Of a stretch of DNA of 64,000 nucleotides, positions 20,085 to 29,309 are shown piece after piece. The notes below the pieces were generated by a model, which was not told where the DNA came from, made no database searches, and saw only the letters and a list, made by a program, of their open reading frames with translations. Within the stretch, counting starts at the first letter, position 1. Each line of letters starts with the position of its first letter. The DNA comes from Deltaproteobacteria bacterium (lineage in GTDB: Bacteria > Myxococcota > Kuafuiibacteriia > Kuafuiibacteriales > Kuafuiibacteriaceae), in NCBI GenBank assembly GCA_040218735.1, contig JAVJQW010000023.1:32001-96000 (forward strand), read 5' to 3'. The translations under genes were made by a program, and so were the position numbers.

Positions 20085-20153
20085 CGCCGCGATCGCAGCA
20101 CGGACGGGCGCGCCGTTACCCGCGAGAAACGGACGCGAGGGCGCGGTAACGGT

Positions 20154-21179
20154 TCAGAGGCGCCCGCGGAGCTGGGCGACGATCCACCGCGAGTAGCGCT
20201 CGGCCCCCTTCGCGTTGAGGTGGTCGGCCGTGTCGTAGAACTCGTCGGCCTTCGCGGCGAAGGGGTCCGGGGCGAGCAGCTCGAAGGTCGGGTGTTGGGC
20301 GTTCAGCCCCTTCGCCCAGTCCCGCACCGGCTGCCCGACGCGCTCCGGCCACTTTTGGTGCGCGAGGATCTTCTCCATGCGCGGCGTGAGCGCGAAGAAC
20401 ACCTTGATGCCGTGCCGGTCCGTGATTTCGAGGAGGCGCTCGTTCCACTCGTCGACGTCCGGGTGGTTCTCGAACTTCCACGGCTGCTGCAACACGACCT
20501 GGATGAAGTAGTTGAAGTCACCCATGCCCGGGCCGTTCTTGCCGACGCCGCGTGAGTGCCCGCGATTCGCGAAGTGATCGATCCGCTGCTGCGCGCTCGC
20601 CGTGTAGCGCGTTTGCAGCTGCTGCATCGACGTCTTGCGCAGGTCGAGGACGAAGGCTTCGATGCCCTTGCCGTCGCGATACGACGGCGACGCGAGCGCC
20701 CACGTCCACTCCAGCGCGGTCGACGCGTCGATGAGGTCGTGCCCGTACCAGAAGCGCACCGCGTACGGCGTGAGGAAGTACGCGAGTGTGATCTCCGGGC
20801 CTTCGTGATCGATGTACTTCGCCTGGCCGTTCTCGGTGTGCACGATCAGCACCGACTTCAGAGCCGTGCCGCGCTCGATCGCGCGCTCGATCAGCGTGAC
20901 CTGGCTGGGGAACGCGCCGTGGAAGGTCGCGATGTTCCACGCGGGCACGCCGAGCTCTTCGGTGAGGATGTTCGTGTTGACGCCCCACCGGCCCGAGCTG
21001 TCGCCGATCACGAGCAGCTCGATCTCCGGGTGCAGGTCGAGCGCGTCGAGCGAGGCTTCACCGCGCACGACGGCGTCGTTCGGCGTGCACCGCATGTAGA
21101 AGTGGTGCAGCGCGCGATCGAACAGGACGAACGTCACGAGCGCCAACACGAGCCACCACCACTGCTTCACCCACTTCAT
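20154..21179 (-). CDS. Membrane-anchored SGNH-like/DltD-like partner of the MBOAT
   Basis: N-terminal TM, block I GDSS and C-terminal FYDTADHLN catalytic D/H-like motif. Confidence 0.7.
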   Translation of the reverse strand: MKWVKQWWWLVLALVTFVLFDRALHHFYMRCTPNDAVVRGEASLDALDLHPEIELLVIGDSSGRWGVNTNILTEELGVPAWNIATFHGAFPSQVTLIERAIERGTALKSVLIVHTENGQAKYIDHEGPEITLAYFLTPYAVRFWYGHDLIDASTALEWTWALASPSYRDGKGIEAFVLDLRKTSMQQLQTRYTASAQQRIDHFANRGHSRGVGKNGPGMGDFNYFIQVVLQQPWKFENHPDVDEWNERLLEITDRHGIKVFFALTPRMEKILAHQKWPERVGQPVRDWAKGLNAQHPTFELLAPDPFAAKADEFYDTADHLNAKGAERYSRWIVAQLRGRL

Positions 21180-21189
21180 CGCGCGCCCT

Positions 21190-22593
21190 TCAGAACTGGA
21201 AGTAGATGAACTGCACACGCGTGCGCAGGAAGAAGGTGAGCAGGCAGACGAGCATCGTCGTGGCGAGGACGTAGGCGGTGGCGGGGCGGCGGTTCGCGAA
21301 CACCTCCATCGAGTCGGTGCGGAGCTGGACGACGTGCATGATCACCATGGGGATCACGAGCGGGATCAGCGCGAGCGCGCTCTCGCCGGCCTTGGCGCTC
21401 GGCGCCTTGCCGAAGCTGCCGAAGATGTCGCCGAGCAACGTGAGCGACGGAATGCGGAAGAGCACCCAACCGAACACCGTCAGCTGGAGCATCACGAACA
21501 CCCGCGCGACGCGAACACCGAGGCGCGGCTCCTCCGTCTTGGCGATCCCCAGCGCTCGTTCGATGCCGAGCAGCACGCCGTGGTAGACGCCCCACGCGAC
21601 GAAGTGCCACGCGGCGCCGTGCCAGAGGCCGCCGAGCAACATCGTGAGGAAGAGGTTGAGCCGCGTTCGCCACGCGCCGCCGCGGTTCCCGCCGAGGGAA
21701 ACGTAGAGATAGTCGCGCAGCCAACGCGACAGCGAGATGTGCCAGCGCCGCCAGAAGTCGCGCGGGCCGATCGCGAGGTACGGGTGTCGGAAGTTGAGCG
21801 TGAGCTCCACCCCGAACAGCCGTGACGTGCCGCGCGCGATGTCGGTGTAGCCGGAGAAGTCACCGTAGATCTGAATCGCGAAGGCGAGCGCCGCGATGTA
21901 CCAGTCGATGGCGCCGTACGTGCCGGCCGGAGCGTCGAAGACCCGGTCGACGATCACCGCCGCACGATCCGCGAGGAGCATCTTCTTGGTGAGGCCCCAC
22001 AGGATCAGGAGCACGCCGTCCGCGGCGAGCTTCGGGTCGAAGCGCCGCTCGCCGTCGAGCTGCGGGAGGAGCCGGCTCGCGCGTTCGATCGGACCGGCGA
22101 CGAGCTGCGGGAACCACGCCACGAACAACGCGAACCGGAGCGGATCGCGCTCGGCGGGCTGCGCGCGCCGGTAGACGTCGATCGTGTAGCTCATCGTCTG
22201 GAACGTGTAGAAGCTGATGCCGACCGGGAGCACGATCGACAGGTGCAGCGGCTCGGTCGCGACGCCGAGCATCTGCAAGCCCTCTTGCATGCTCGAGACG
22301 AAGAAGCCGGCGTACTTGAAGTAACCGAGGATCAACAGCTGGCTGACGACGGAGAAGACGACGTACCCGCGCCCGGACGTGTCGTCCTCGTGCGCGGCTT
22401 CGATGCGGCGCGCGCAGACGTAGTCGATCACCGTCGACAGCGCGATGAGGGCGAGGAAGCGCCAGTCCCACCAGCCGTAGAACAGGTAACTCGCGGCGAG
22501 CAGGAGGAGCTGTCGCGGCCGACCGCGCACGAGCCAGCTCGCCGGCAACACCAGCGCGAGGAAGAACAGGTACGGAACCGCGTCGAAGAGCAT
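21190..22593 (-). CDS. MBOAT family O-acyltransferase (AlgI/PatA/DltB-like)
   Basis: LPVGISFYTFQ, FPQLVAGPI, DFSGYTD, FWRRWHISLSRWLRDYLY, GLWHGA and terminal FIYFQF. Confidence 0.95.
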   Translation of the reverse strand: MLFDAVPYLFFLALVLPASWLVRGRPRQLLLLAASYLFYGWWDWRFLALIALSTVIDYVCARRIEAAHEDDTSGRGYVVFSVVSQLLILGYFKYAGFFVSSMQEGLQMLGVATEPLHLSIVLPVGISFYTFQTMSYTIDVYRRAQPAERDPLRFALFVAWFPQLVAGPIERASRLLPQLDGERRFDPKLAADGVLLILWGLTKKMLLADRAAVIVDRVFDAPAGTYGAIDWYIAALAFAIQIYGDFSGYTDIARGTSRLFGVELTLNFRHPYLAIGPRDFWRRWHISLSRWLRDYLYVSLGGNRGGAWRTRLNLFLTMLLGGLWHGAAWHFVAWGVYHGVLLGIERALGIAKTEEPRLGVRVARVFVMLQLTVFGWVLFRIPSLTLLGDIFGSFGKAPSAKAGESALALIPLVIPMVIMHVVQLRTDSMEVFANRRPATAYVLATTMLVCLLTFFLRTRVQFIYFQF

Positions 22594-22640
22594 CGCTGGA
22601 CGGCACCCAAAAAGTTGCGCGGCGCCTACGTTGCCCGATA

Positions 22641-23087
22641 ATGCCCTACGTGCGGTCGCTCCTTCGATATTTTGTCTTCACCGCCGCGATCCTCGGTCTG
22701 GCGTACGCCTCCGTGACGGTCCAGGTCGACGGGCGCTCGGTGGCGGCCCACCTGAGGGATCACGGCAAAGTCTGGCTGGCGGAGCTGATGGAGGCCGCGA
22801 AGCCGGATCCCAAGCCCGCCGAGAAGAAGGCCAACCCCAAGAAGGCCAAGCCCGCGCCGAAGAAGGCGGTGGCCAAGAAGAAGAAGGACGAGCGCCCCGT
22901 GCGCGAGGTTCCCCCGGCCGAGCTGCAGTCCGAGCCCGAAGCCGAGGCGCGGGTGAACCTCCTCGCCAACGCCGCGAAGCAGGCCAACACGCGTCTTCGG
23001 GCCGAATCGAAGCCCGAACCGACGCGAATCACGCCCGAACAGAAGAAGGCGCTCGACGCACTGCTCACGAATCGCCAATCTCCCTGA
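22641..23087 (+). CDS. Hypothetical single-pass membrane protein with a Lys/Ala/Pro-rich segment
   Basis: Hydrophobic N-terminus, then KPAEKKANPKKAKPAPKKAVAKKKK; host-like codon usage. Confidence 0.7.
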   Translation: MPYVRSLLRYFVFTAAILGLAYASVTVQVDGRSVAAHLRDHGKVWLAELMEAAKPDPKPAEKKANPKKAKPAPKKAVAKKKKDERPVREVPPAELQSEPEAEARVNLLANAAKQANTRLRAESKPEPTRITPEQKKALDALLTNRQSP

Positions 23088-23089
23088 CG

Positions 23090-23515
23090 ATGGGGCGCGC
23101 GCCAGTCCGAGGGGCCGTCGACACCTACCGCGTGTTGGTCGCGGTGGTGATGCTGGGGGTCCTCGTCGCGACGATGTCGTGGCTGCAGTCGCGGTTCGAT
23201 TCGAGTGACCACGACAAGGCGGTGGAGCTCGTGAAGGGCTACAAACCGCAGGGCGGGCAGCAGACGCTCCTCGACGCGCTCCTCGCGCGACACCCCGGGC
23301 GCAAGCGGCACGAGTTCTCGTGGCGAAGTGAAATCATGAGCAGTTGCCTCGGGCACGTGCGCGTGCACGCGCGGCTCCCCGAGAAGGGGGACGAGCCGGA
23401 GGTTGCCTACGCGTTCGACGTCGACCTCACTGCGCCGAGCATCCACCCCACCGATCCCGTCACGATCGAAGTGCTGAAGTCGCTCACCACGGCGACGTCG
23501 ACGAAGGCGAGCTGA
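23090..23515 (+). CDS. Hypothetical membrane-anchored protein
   Basis: TM VLVAVVMLGVLVATM; TGATG coupling to the rhomboid gene. Confidence 0.65.
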   Translation: MGRAPVRGAVDTYRVLVAVVMLGVLVATMSWLQSRFDSSDHDKAVELVKGYKPQGGQQTLLDALLARHPGRKRHEFSWRSEIMSSCLGHVRVHARLPEKGDEPEVAYAFDVDLTAPSIHPTDPVTIEVLKSLTTATSTKAS

Positions 23516-24654
23516 TGGCGGTCGACACCTGTCCGAAGTGCGGCGCGCTGATCACGCCGAACCTCGCGCGCTGCCGGCAGTGCAAGGCGTACCTGCACGG
23601 GACGAAGCTGGAGGGGTTCATCTTCGAGAGCCTCCTCCCCAAGAACCTCGCGGGGTCGCCGGGGACGGGGATCATCTTCCTGATCGTCGTCCTCTACTAC
23701 CTGATGATGGGGCTGCTCGCGGGGCCGACTTCGTTGATCGCGATGTCGGGTTACAGCCTCGACCAGTTCGGCAACACGAGCCCAGCGGGGATCTTCCTCG
23801 GTGAGTACTGGCGGTTCGTGACGTCGATGTTCGGGCACCACGACCTGATGCACATCGCGTTCAACATGTACGCGCTGACGATCGTCGGGCCGCTGGTTGA
23901 GGAGGCGTTCGACCGCAAGAAGATGATGGTCATCTACTTCATCGGCGGCATCGCCTCGATGATCATCAGCTACATCGTCCACACCGAGTGGATGGGCGGC
24001 CGCGGCGGCGGGAGCATGGGCGCGTCGGGCGCGGTGAGCGCGCTGATCGGCGCGACGCTGTTCGCCGCGATCCGCAAGGGCCCCGAGGGCCGCGTCGTGA
24101 AGGCGGTGATGATCCGCTGGACGATCTACATGGCGGCGTTCGGTCTCCTCGTCAGCGGCATCGACAACGCCGCGCACGGCGGCGGCTTCCTCACCGGCGC
24201 GGCGCTCGCGTACGTCATGCCGCTCGGCGGCAGCAAGACGGTCACCGCGCAGAAGCTGATGTCCGTGCTGATGCTCGGGCTCGTCGCGCTGACGATCGGC
24301 AGCACCGCGCTGATGCTCGACAACCTCCGCGGCTTCCCCGCCGCGCTCGACAAGGACGGCTACGGGCGCCGCATCTTCATGTTCGAAGTGCAGGACCCCT
24401 ACGAGTGGTCGTACTCGGACCAGGTCGAGTCGTACCAGCGCTGCGTCGAGGGCGTCCGCACCGGGGAGACCGGGGAAAAGGCGATCCACGCCTGTGAGCT
24501 CGCGGTGCGCGCCCTCCCCTACGCCGCGGGTGCGCCCGGGGCGGAGGCCGCGTGGCACTTCCGGTTGCTGTCGGTGCTGCTGGCGAAGGACGGGCAGATG
24601 GATCGCGCGCGCCGCATGAAGTACGCGGCGCTGCGGCTCGAGAACCGGCTGTAG
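23515..24654 (+). CDS. Rhomboid intramembrane serine protease with N-terminal zinc ribbon
   Basis: CPKC...CRQC; WRFVTSMFGH, HIAFNM, catalytic GASG and DNAAHGGG. Confidence 0.92.
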   Translation: MAVDTCPKCGALITPNLARCRQCKAYLHGTKLEGFIFESLLPKNLAGSPGTGIIFLIVVLYYLMMGLLAGPTSLIAMSGYSLDQFGNTSPAGIFLGEYWRFVTSMFGHHDLMHIAFNMYALTIVGPLVEEAFDRKKMMVIYFIGGIASMIISYIVHTEWMGGRGGGSMGASGAVSALIGATLFAAIRKGPEGRVVKAVMIRWTIYMAAFGLLVSGIDNAAHGGGFLTGAALAYVMPLGGSKTVTAQKLMSVLMLGLVALTIGSTALMLDNLRGFPAALDKDGYGRRIFMFEVQDPYEWSYSDQVESYQRCVEGVRTGETGEKAIHACELAVRALPYAAGAPGAEAAWHFRLLSVLLAKDGQMDRARRMKYAALRLENRL

Positions 24655-24666
24655 CGCGGGCGCCCG

Positions 24667-25098
24667 TCAGAGCGCCGCCTTGATCTGCTCGTCGAGCTCC
24701 TGGGTGGAGGTCGTGCCCTTGATGACGTAGCCCTTCACGAAGTCATACGCCAACGCGCGTTCACGGTCCGCCGGGTGCTCGGACGAGCTGAACATCATGA
24801 TGACGCACGTTCGAAGCTCCTCCTGCTCCCTGCGAAGCGCACTGAAGCGCTCCAGGAACGTGAAGCCGTCGACGCGCGGCATGTTGACGTCGAGGAAGAT
24901 GAGATCCGGGGGGAACTCGTGTTGAAGCTTCGACTTGTTGCGCGTGTGCTCCACGAGGAAGTCGAGCGCTTCCTGACCGTCCGCGGACTCCTGCACGGAC
25001 ACTTCGAGGCTCGTACGAGAGAGATCACGTCGCAGGAGGTACCGGTCCGGGCGGCTGTCGTCGACGATGAGAACGTTGATTCCAGGTGCCGAAGTCAT
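24667..25098 (-). CDS. Single-domain response regulator
   Basis: LIVDDS, FLDVNMP, FSSS, IKG; 4-nt overlap with the kinase. Confidence 0.92.
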   Translation of the reverse strand: MTSAPGINVLIVDDSRPDRYLLRRDLSRTSLEVSVQESADGQEALDFLVEHTRNKSKLQHEFPPDLIFLDVNMPRVDGFTFLERFSALRREQEELRTCVIMMFSSSEHPADRERALAYDFVKGYVIKGTTSTQELDEQIKAAL

Positions 25099-26933
25099 CG
25101 CGATTCCCTGGCGAAGAACTCTACTTCGAAACGGGTGCCGGTGGGACTGGACTCGACGCGAATTTCCCCCCCCAGCCGCTCGACCTGACGCTTGACGATG
25201 TACAGCCCCAACCCGTCACCGGACGTCCCTTTCGGGTGCAGCGTGCGGAACATCGCGTAGATCTCGTCGACGTTGTCGGTCGGGATGCCCGCCCCGTTGT
25301 CTTCGACCGCCATGACGATGTTCTCACTCCGCCGCTGGACACCGATCCGTACGAGCGAGGGCTCCCGACTCGGGTCACGATACTTGATCGCGTTGGTCAC
25401 GAGGTTCGACAGGATTTGCACGACGCGAGACCTCGGCACGAGGTAGGCGTCCCTCGTCTCCACGCTGCGTTCGACGGTCACCTCGTTCTGTTCGGCCAGG
25501 GCCCCCAAACTGCTGACGACCTGGTCGACGAGCTGGGAGAGGTCGACCGCCTCCAGCGCGACATCATGGACGTCCGCCGTCGCCGCGCGGAGGCACCCGA
25601 TCACCATGGACTCCAGGACCGCCGCCTGCCGGCCGACCTCCTCCACGTTCTGCGTGGCCTCGTCCAAGGCCCCGGCGCCGATGTCCTCGAGGACGTACGC
25701 GGCGAGACGACGAATCGTCGTCAGAGGCGCCTTGAGATCATGAGAGGTCCGATGTGCGAGCTCGGCGAGCTCCTGGTTGGACCGCTCGAGCTCGGCCCGG
25801 GTGCGCACGATGTCCGAAACGTCCCAGTTCGCGCCGACCATCGTCTCGACCTCGCCGTCGGGACCGCGGTGAAGACTCCCCATCGCGCGGAGGGTTCGGA
25901 CCTCGCTGGTGTCCGGCCAGATGACGCGAAACTGTGTGTCGAACTTCTCGCCGCCTTCGACGGCGCTCTGCAGCTCGGCCACGGTCCGCTCCTTGTCTGC
26001 GGGGTGGAGGCCGTTTTCCCAGGCCTCGTAGGCGCCGGAGAAGTCGGCCGCGGAGCGACCGTAGAGCGCGTACATCTGCGCATCCCAGATCAGTCCCCCC
26101 GTCTTGACGTTCCACTCCCAGACGCCGATGCCCGACGCCTCGAGCGCGACCAACAAACGTGTGTTGAGTCGATCGATCTCGAGCTTGGATTCGACGGCCT
26201 CGGTCACGTCGCTGACCACCCCCGCGACCGCGCGTGGTCCACGGCCACCAGGCACCGGGAACGCGACCATCTGGTACCAGTTCTCGCGACCGTCGAGCTC
26301 GACGCGGAACTCGACGGTGCCGCGGTCTCCCTCACCGGCGGCGCGGAGCGCGGCCTTCACACCTTCGACGTCCTCGGCGCTGACCTTCGACAGGTCGACG
26401 GGTTCGGTTCGCGGCGTCCCGGTGGGTGCGGCGAAGAGCGCGAACATTCCGGGCGACCACTCGATCTCGTCCGGCTCGAAGGTCTGCTTCCAGTGCCCCA
26501 TCCGTGCGAGGCGCTCGGCCTCCAGCATCCGAACGAGGAGCGCCTCTCGTTCGAGCTCGAGGATCTTGCGCTCGTGGATGTCCTCGAACATGCCATGGAG
26601 CGCGACGACCTCGTCCCCTTCGACGATCGCTTCGCCGATCGCACGTACCCAGCGGACGTTGCCCTTGGCCGTTCGGATCCGCAGCTCCACGTCCCAAGGC
26701 TGCCGGTTGGCGATCCCCTCCTCGACGCAGCGCTCGATCGTCGGACGATCGTCCGGCACGTAGTATTGAATACCGTCTTCGAGCGCGATTCGCTTGGAAG
26801 GGTCCTCCTCGTGGATCTGGTAGGTCGTGGCGCTCCAATGACACTCGGCCTTGGCGACATCGACGACCCAGGTCCCGATCCGGCGGGTGCGTTCGAGCAG
26901 GTCGATGAGGCTCCTATTCTGCGCTCCCGTCAC
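25095..26933 (-). CDS. Cytoplasmic multi-PAS sensor histidine kinase
   Basis: Three PAS-like repeats; SHDLKAPL, NLVTNAIKY, DNGAGI and GDGLGL. Confidence 0.92.
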   Translation of the reverse strand: MTGAQNRSLIDLLERTRRIGTWVVDVAKAECHWSATTYQIHEEDPSKRIALEDGIQYYVPDDRPTIERCVEEGIANRQPWDVELRIRTAKGNVRWVRAIGEAIVEGDEVVALHGMFEDIHERKILELEREALLVRMLEAERLARMGHWKQTFEPDEIEWSPGMFALFAAPTGTPRTEPVDLSKVSAEDVEGVKAALRAAGEGDRGTVEFRVELDGRENWYQMVAFPVPGGRGPRAVAGVVSDVTEAVESKLEIDRLNTRLLVALEASGIGVWEWNVKTGGLIWDAQMYALYGRSAADFSGAYEAWENGLHPADKERTVAELQSAVEGGEKFDTQFRVIWPDTSEVRTLRAMGSLHRGPDGEVETMVGANWDVSDIVRTRAELERSNQELAELAHRTSHDLKAPLTTIRRLAAYVLEDIGAGALDEATQNVEEVGRQAAVLESMVIGCLRAATADVHDVALEAVDLSQLVDQVVSSLGALAEQNEVTVERSVETRDAYLVPRSRVVQILSNLVTNAIKYRDPSREPSLVRIGVQRRSENIVMAVEDNGAGIPTDNVDEIYAMFRTLHPKGTSGDGLGLYIVKRQVERLGGEIRVESSPTGTRFEVEFFARESR

Positions 26934-27044
26934 GTTCGCCCTCCCCTACGTCGTCGGACTCCGGCCGAAGACCTGAAGCCGAGTGGGCTCGCACGGGGGA
27001 CGACGTGGCCCATAAACATCCAGCGGCTGCGGTCCGATGCACGC

Positions 27045-28139
27045 CTACTTCCCCTGCAGCAGATAGACGATGATCCCGATGACGATCAGCCCCGCGATCA
27101 CCGCGAGCGCGATCTTCACCGCCGAGTACGGTCGCTCCCCCGCGGGCTCGCCCGTGCGAGCGTTGACGAGGAACCGGTACACCTTGTCGTTGTAGCGGAA
27201 GCTCGAGATCCACAGCGGCAGGAGGAAGTGTTTGAAGCGCACGTCGGAGTGCTGGATTCGCGTGGTGTGGATCCGCTGATCGTCGCCGCCGATGTCGCGG
27301 CGGATCTGGTTGCGGATCACCGGCTCCATGCGATCCTCCGCGACGTCGAAGCCCGCTTCGAGGCCCACGTCGTAGCGGTTCGCGAGGAAGCCGGAGAGGT
27401 AACCCGGCGCGTAGGCGACCAGCGCTTCGAGGTCCCACGGCTCGAGCGCTTCCAACAGCTTCCGCGGCAACGCCGAGGTCGCCGACACCAACACGTCGTC
27501 GAACGAGCAGTACACGGTGCCGAACGCCGGGTACCAGCGCGTCTTCCGTACGCGCCGCGTCTGCCGATCACCGTTGGCGTCCTCGTACTCCTCGGTGACG
27601 TAGTAGTGCTCGCCGCGCTGCCCGGTGTACGAGGTGCGCGTCTCGGAGTCGTAGGTCCAGTACGGGAGGAAGACGCCGTCCATGCCTTCACGGCGCGCGC
27701 GCATCGAGAGATCGTTCGGCGCGAACCACCGCGATGACACCCAGCTCTTGAACGCCTCGCGCGCCTGCTTCTCCTCGACCTGGAACGGCAGCAGGTTCTC
27801 CGGCGTGAAGATCTCCTCGGTGTCCTGCACCATCACCACCGGCGAATCGCAGAACGGACACCGCCCGGCCTCCGACGCCAGCACCGTCCGCGCGCCGCAC
27901 CCGTCGCACCGAACCTCGTGGCCCCCTTCCACCAGGTCCCGCGCGGGGCGTCGCTGCGCCTGCGCGACGGCTTGCGCGAAGTCGTACTCGACGACCGGTT
28001 GGTCGTCCTCGGAGCCGAGTGACTGCTCGTGTCCGCAGTACTCACACTTCAGCCCGCCCTCTCCGGGTGAGAAAACGAGGTTGGCGCCGCACTGCTGACA
28101 GGGGAACTCGTGCTTGGCATCGGGCTGCTCGGGCGTCAT
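27045..28139 (-). CDS. Double zinc-ribbon protein with C-terminal TM
   Basis: CQQC..CEYC and CDGC..CPFC; FLPYWTYD, LLPLWIS, VNARTGE; hydrophobic C-terminus. Confidence 0.75.
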   Translation of the reverse strand: MTPEQPDAKHEFPCQQCGANLVFSPGEGGLKCEYCGHEQSLGSEDDQPVVEYDFAQAVAQAQRRPARDLVEGGHEVRCDGCGARTVLASEAGRCPFCDSPVVMVQDTEEIFTPENLLPFQVEEKQAREAFKSWVSSRWFAPNDLSMRARREGMDGVFLPYWTYDSETRTSYTGQRGEHYYVTEEYEDANGDRQTRRVRKTRWYPAFGTVYCSFDDVLVSATSALPRKLLEALEPWDLEALVAYAPGYLSGFLANRYDVGLEAGFDVAEDRMEPVIRNQIRRDIGGDDQRIHTTRIQHSDVRFKHFLLPLWISSFRYNDKVYRFLVNARTGEPAGERPYSAVKIALAVIAGLIVIGIIVYLLQGK

Positions 28140-28244
28140 CGGCGCGCGATGCTAGCGTGACGACGCGCGCGGTGCGACCGGTCGCGCGACATCCCGCGAC
28201 GAGACGTTTCGTCCGCAGCGCCGACGCGGCCTATCCTCACCCGC

Positions 28245-29213
28245 ATGCGCTCCTGGGTGGCTGGGCTGTTCGTCTTCGTCGTGGCGTGCGGCGACAACGA
28301 ACCCGCGTCCGTTCGCGACGCGGGCCCCTCGGTCCGCAACGTCCGCGACGGCGGCCCCGGCGCTCCGCTGCGCGTCGCCTGGCGACGCCTCGAAATCGCG
28401 GGCCCTCCGCCTCGCGGCCAGCCCGCGATCGCGGTGCTCGGCGATCGTGTGGTGCTGTTCGGCGGCGGCGGCTTTCGGCGCGGCACGTTCATGCGCGACA
28501 CGTGGATCTTCGAAGACGACGCCTGGCGCGAAGTCACCACCGCGACGACACCCCCGGCGCGCACCGGCGGCATGATGGCGGCGAACGGCGGACGACTGAT
28601 CCTCTGGGGCGGCCTCGGCGAAGACACCTCCGGACTTACGGTGCACACCGACACCTGGGCCTTCGACGGCGCGAGCTGGTCGCGCGTCGCCGCGACCTCC
28701 GCCCCACAGATCCGACGCGGCGGCGCGGCGATCGTCGGCGACACGATCGTCTCCTACTCGGGACTCGACGACGACCTCGCGCGGAGCACCACCACGTTTG
28801 TGTTCGAAGACGACGACTGGGACGCCCGCGACGTCTCGCCGCGCCCACCCGGCCTCCGCAACAGCGCGATGACCACACTCGACGGGTTCGCGTACCTGCA
28901 CGGCGGCTCTTCGCCCGCCGCCATCGCCGCGGTCTGGCGCTGGGACGGCACGCAGTGGGACGAGGCCGGCGCCTTCGCGACCGGCCGGGCCTACAACGCG
29001 CTCGGCGCCCTCGATGGGCACCTCGTTACGTTCGGCGGCGTCCGCTCCAGCACCTCCACGATCGCGGAGACGGACGCTTGGCCGGGCCCGATCGAGGTCG
29101 TCGGCGCCGAGCCCCCGGGCGACGACGACTACGCGATGGTGAACCGCGGCGACCACGTCCTCATGTGGGGCGGCAATGCGGGCGAGACGTGGCTCCTCGA
29201 GCGCGCGCCCTGA
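28245..29213 (+). CDS. Kelch-repeat lipoprotein
   Basis: Lipobox VVAC; repeated LFGG/LWGG/TFGG ... DTW...W kelch units. Confidence 0.85.
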   Translation: MRSWVAGLFVFVVACGDNEPASVRDAGPSVRNVRDGGPGAPLRVAWRRLEIAGPPPRGQPAIAVLGDRVVLFGGGGFRRGTFMRDTWIFEDDAWREVTTATTPPARTGGMMAANGGRLILWGGLGEDTSGLTVHTDTWAFDGASWSRVAATSAPQIRRGGAAIVGDTIVSYSGLDDDLARSTTTFVFEDDDWDARDVSPRPPGLRNSAMTTLDGFAYLHGGSSPAAIAAVWRWDGTQWDEAGAFATGRAYNALGALDGHLVTFGGVRSSTSTIAETDAWPGPIEVVGAEPPGDDDYAMVNRGDHVLMWGGNAGETWLLERAP

Positions 29214-29309
29214 ACGACGCCATCTCGCCGCCCATTCCGACGCGCCGGTCGTGCGTGCGCTCGATCATGAGCGTGACAAACCCGCGGGTCTTCGGCACAC
29301 GAAGGAGCC

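Noticed and set aside
22610-22641. Sigma28-like promoter (CCCGATAA) before the Lys-rich gene
   Set aside because: No -35 element at a suitable spacing.
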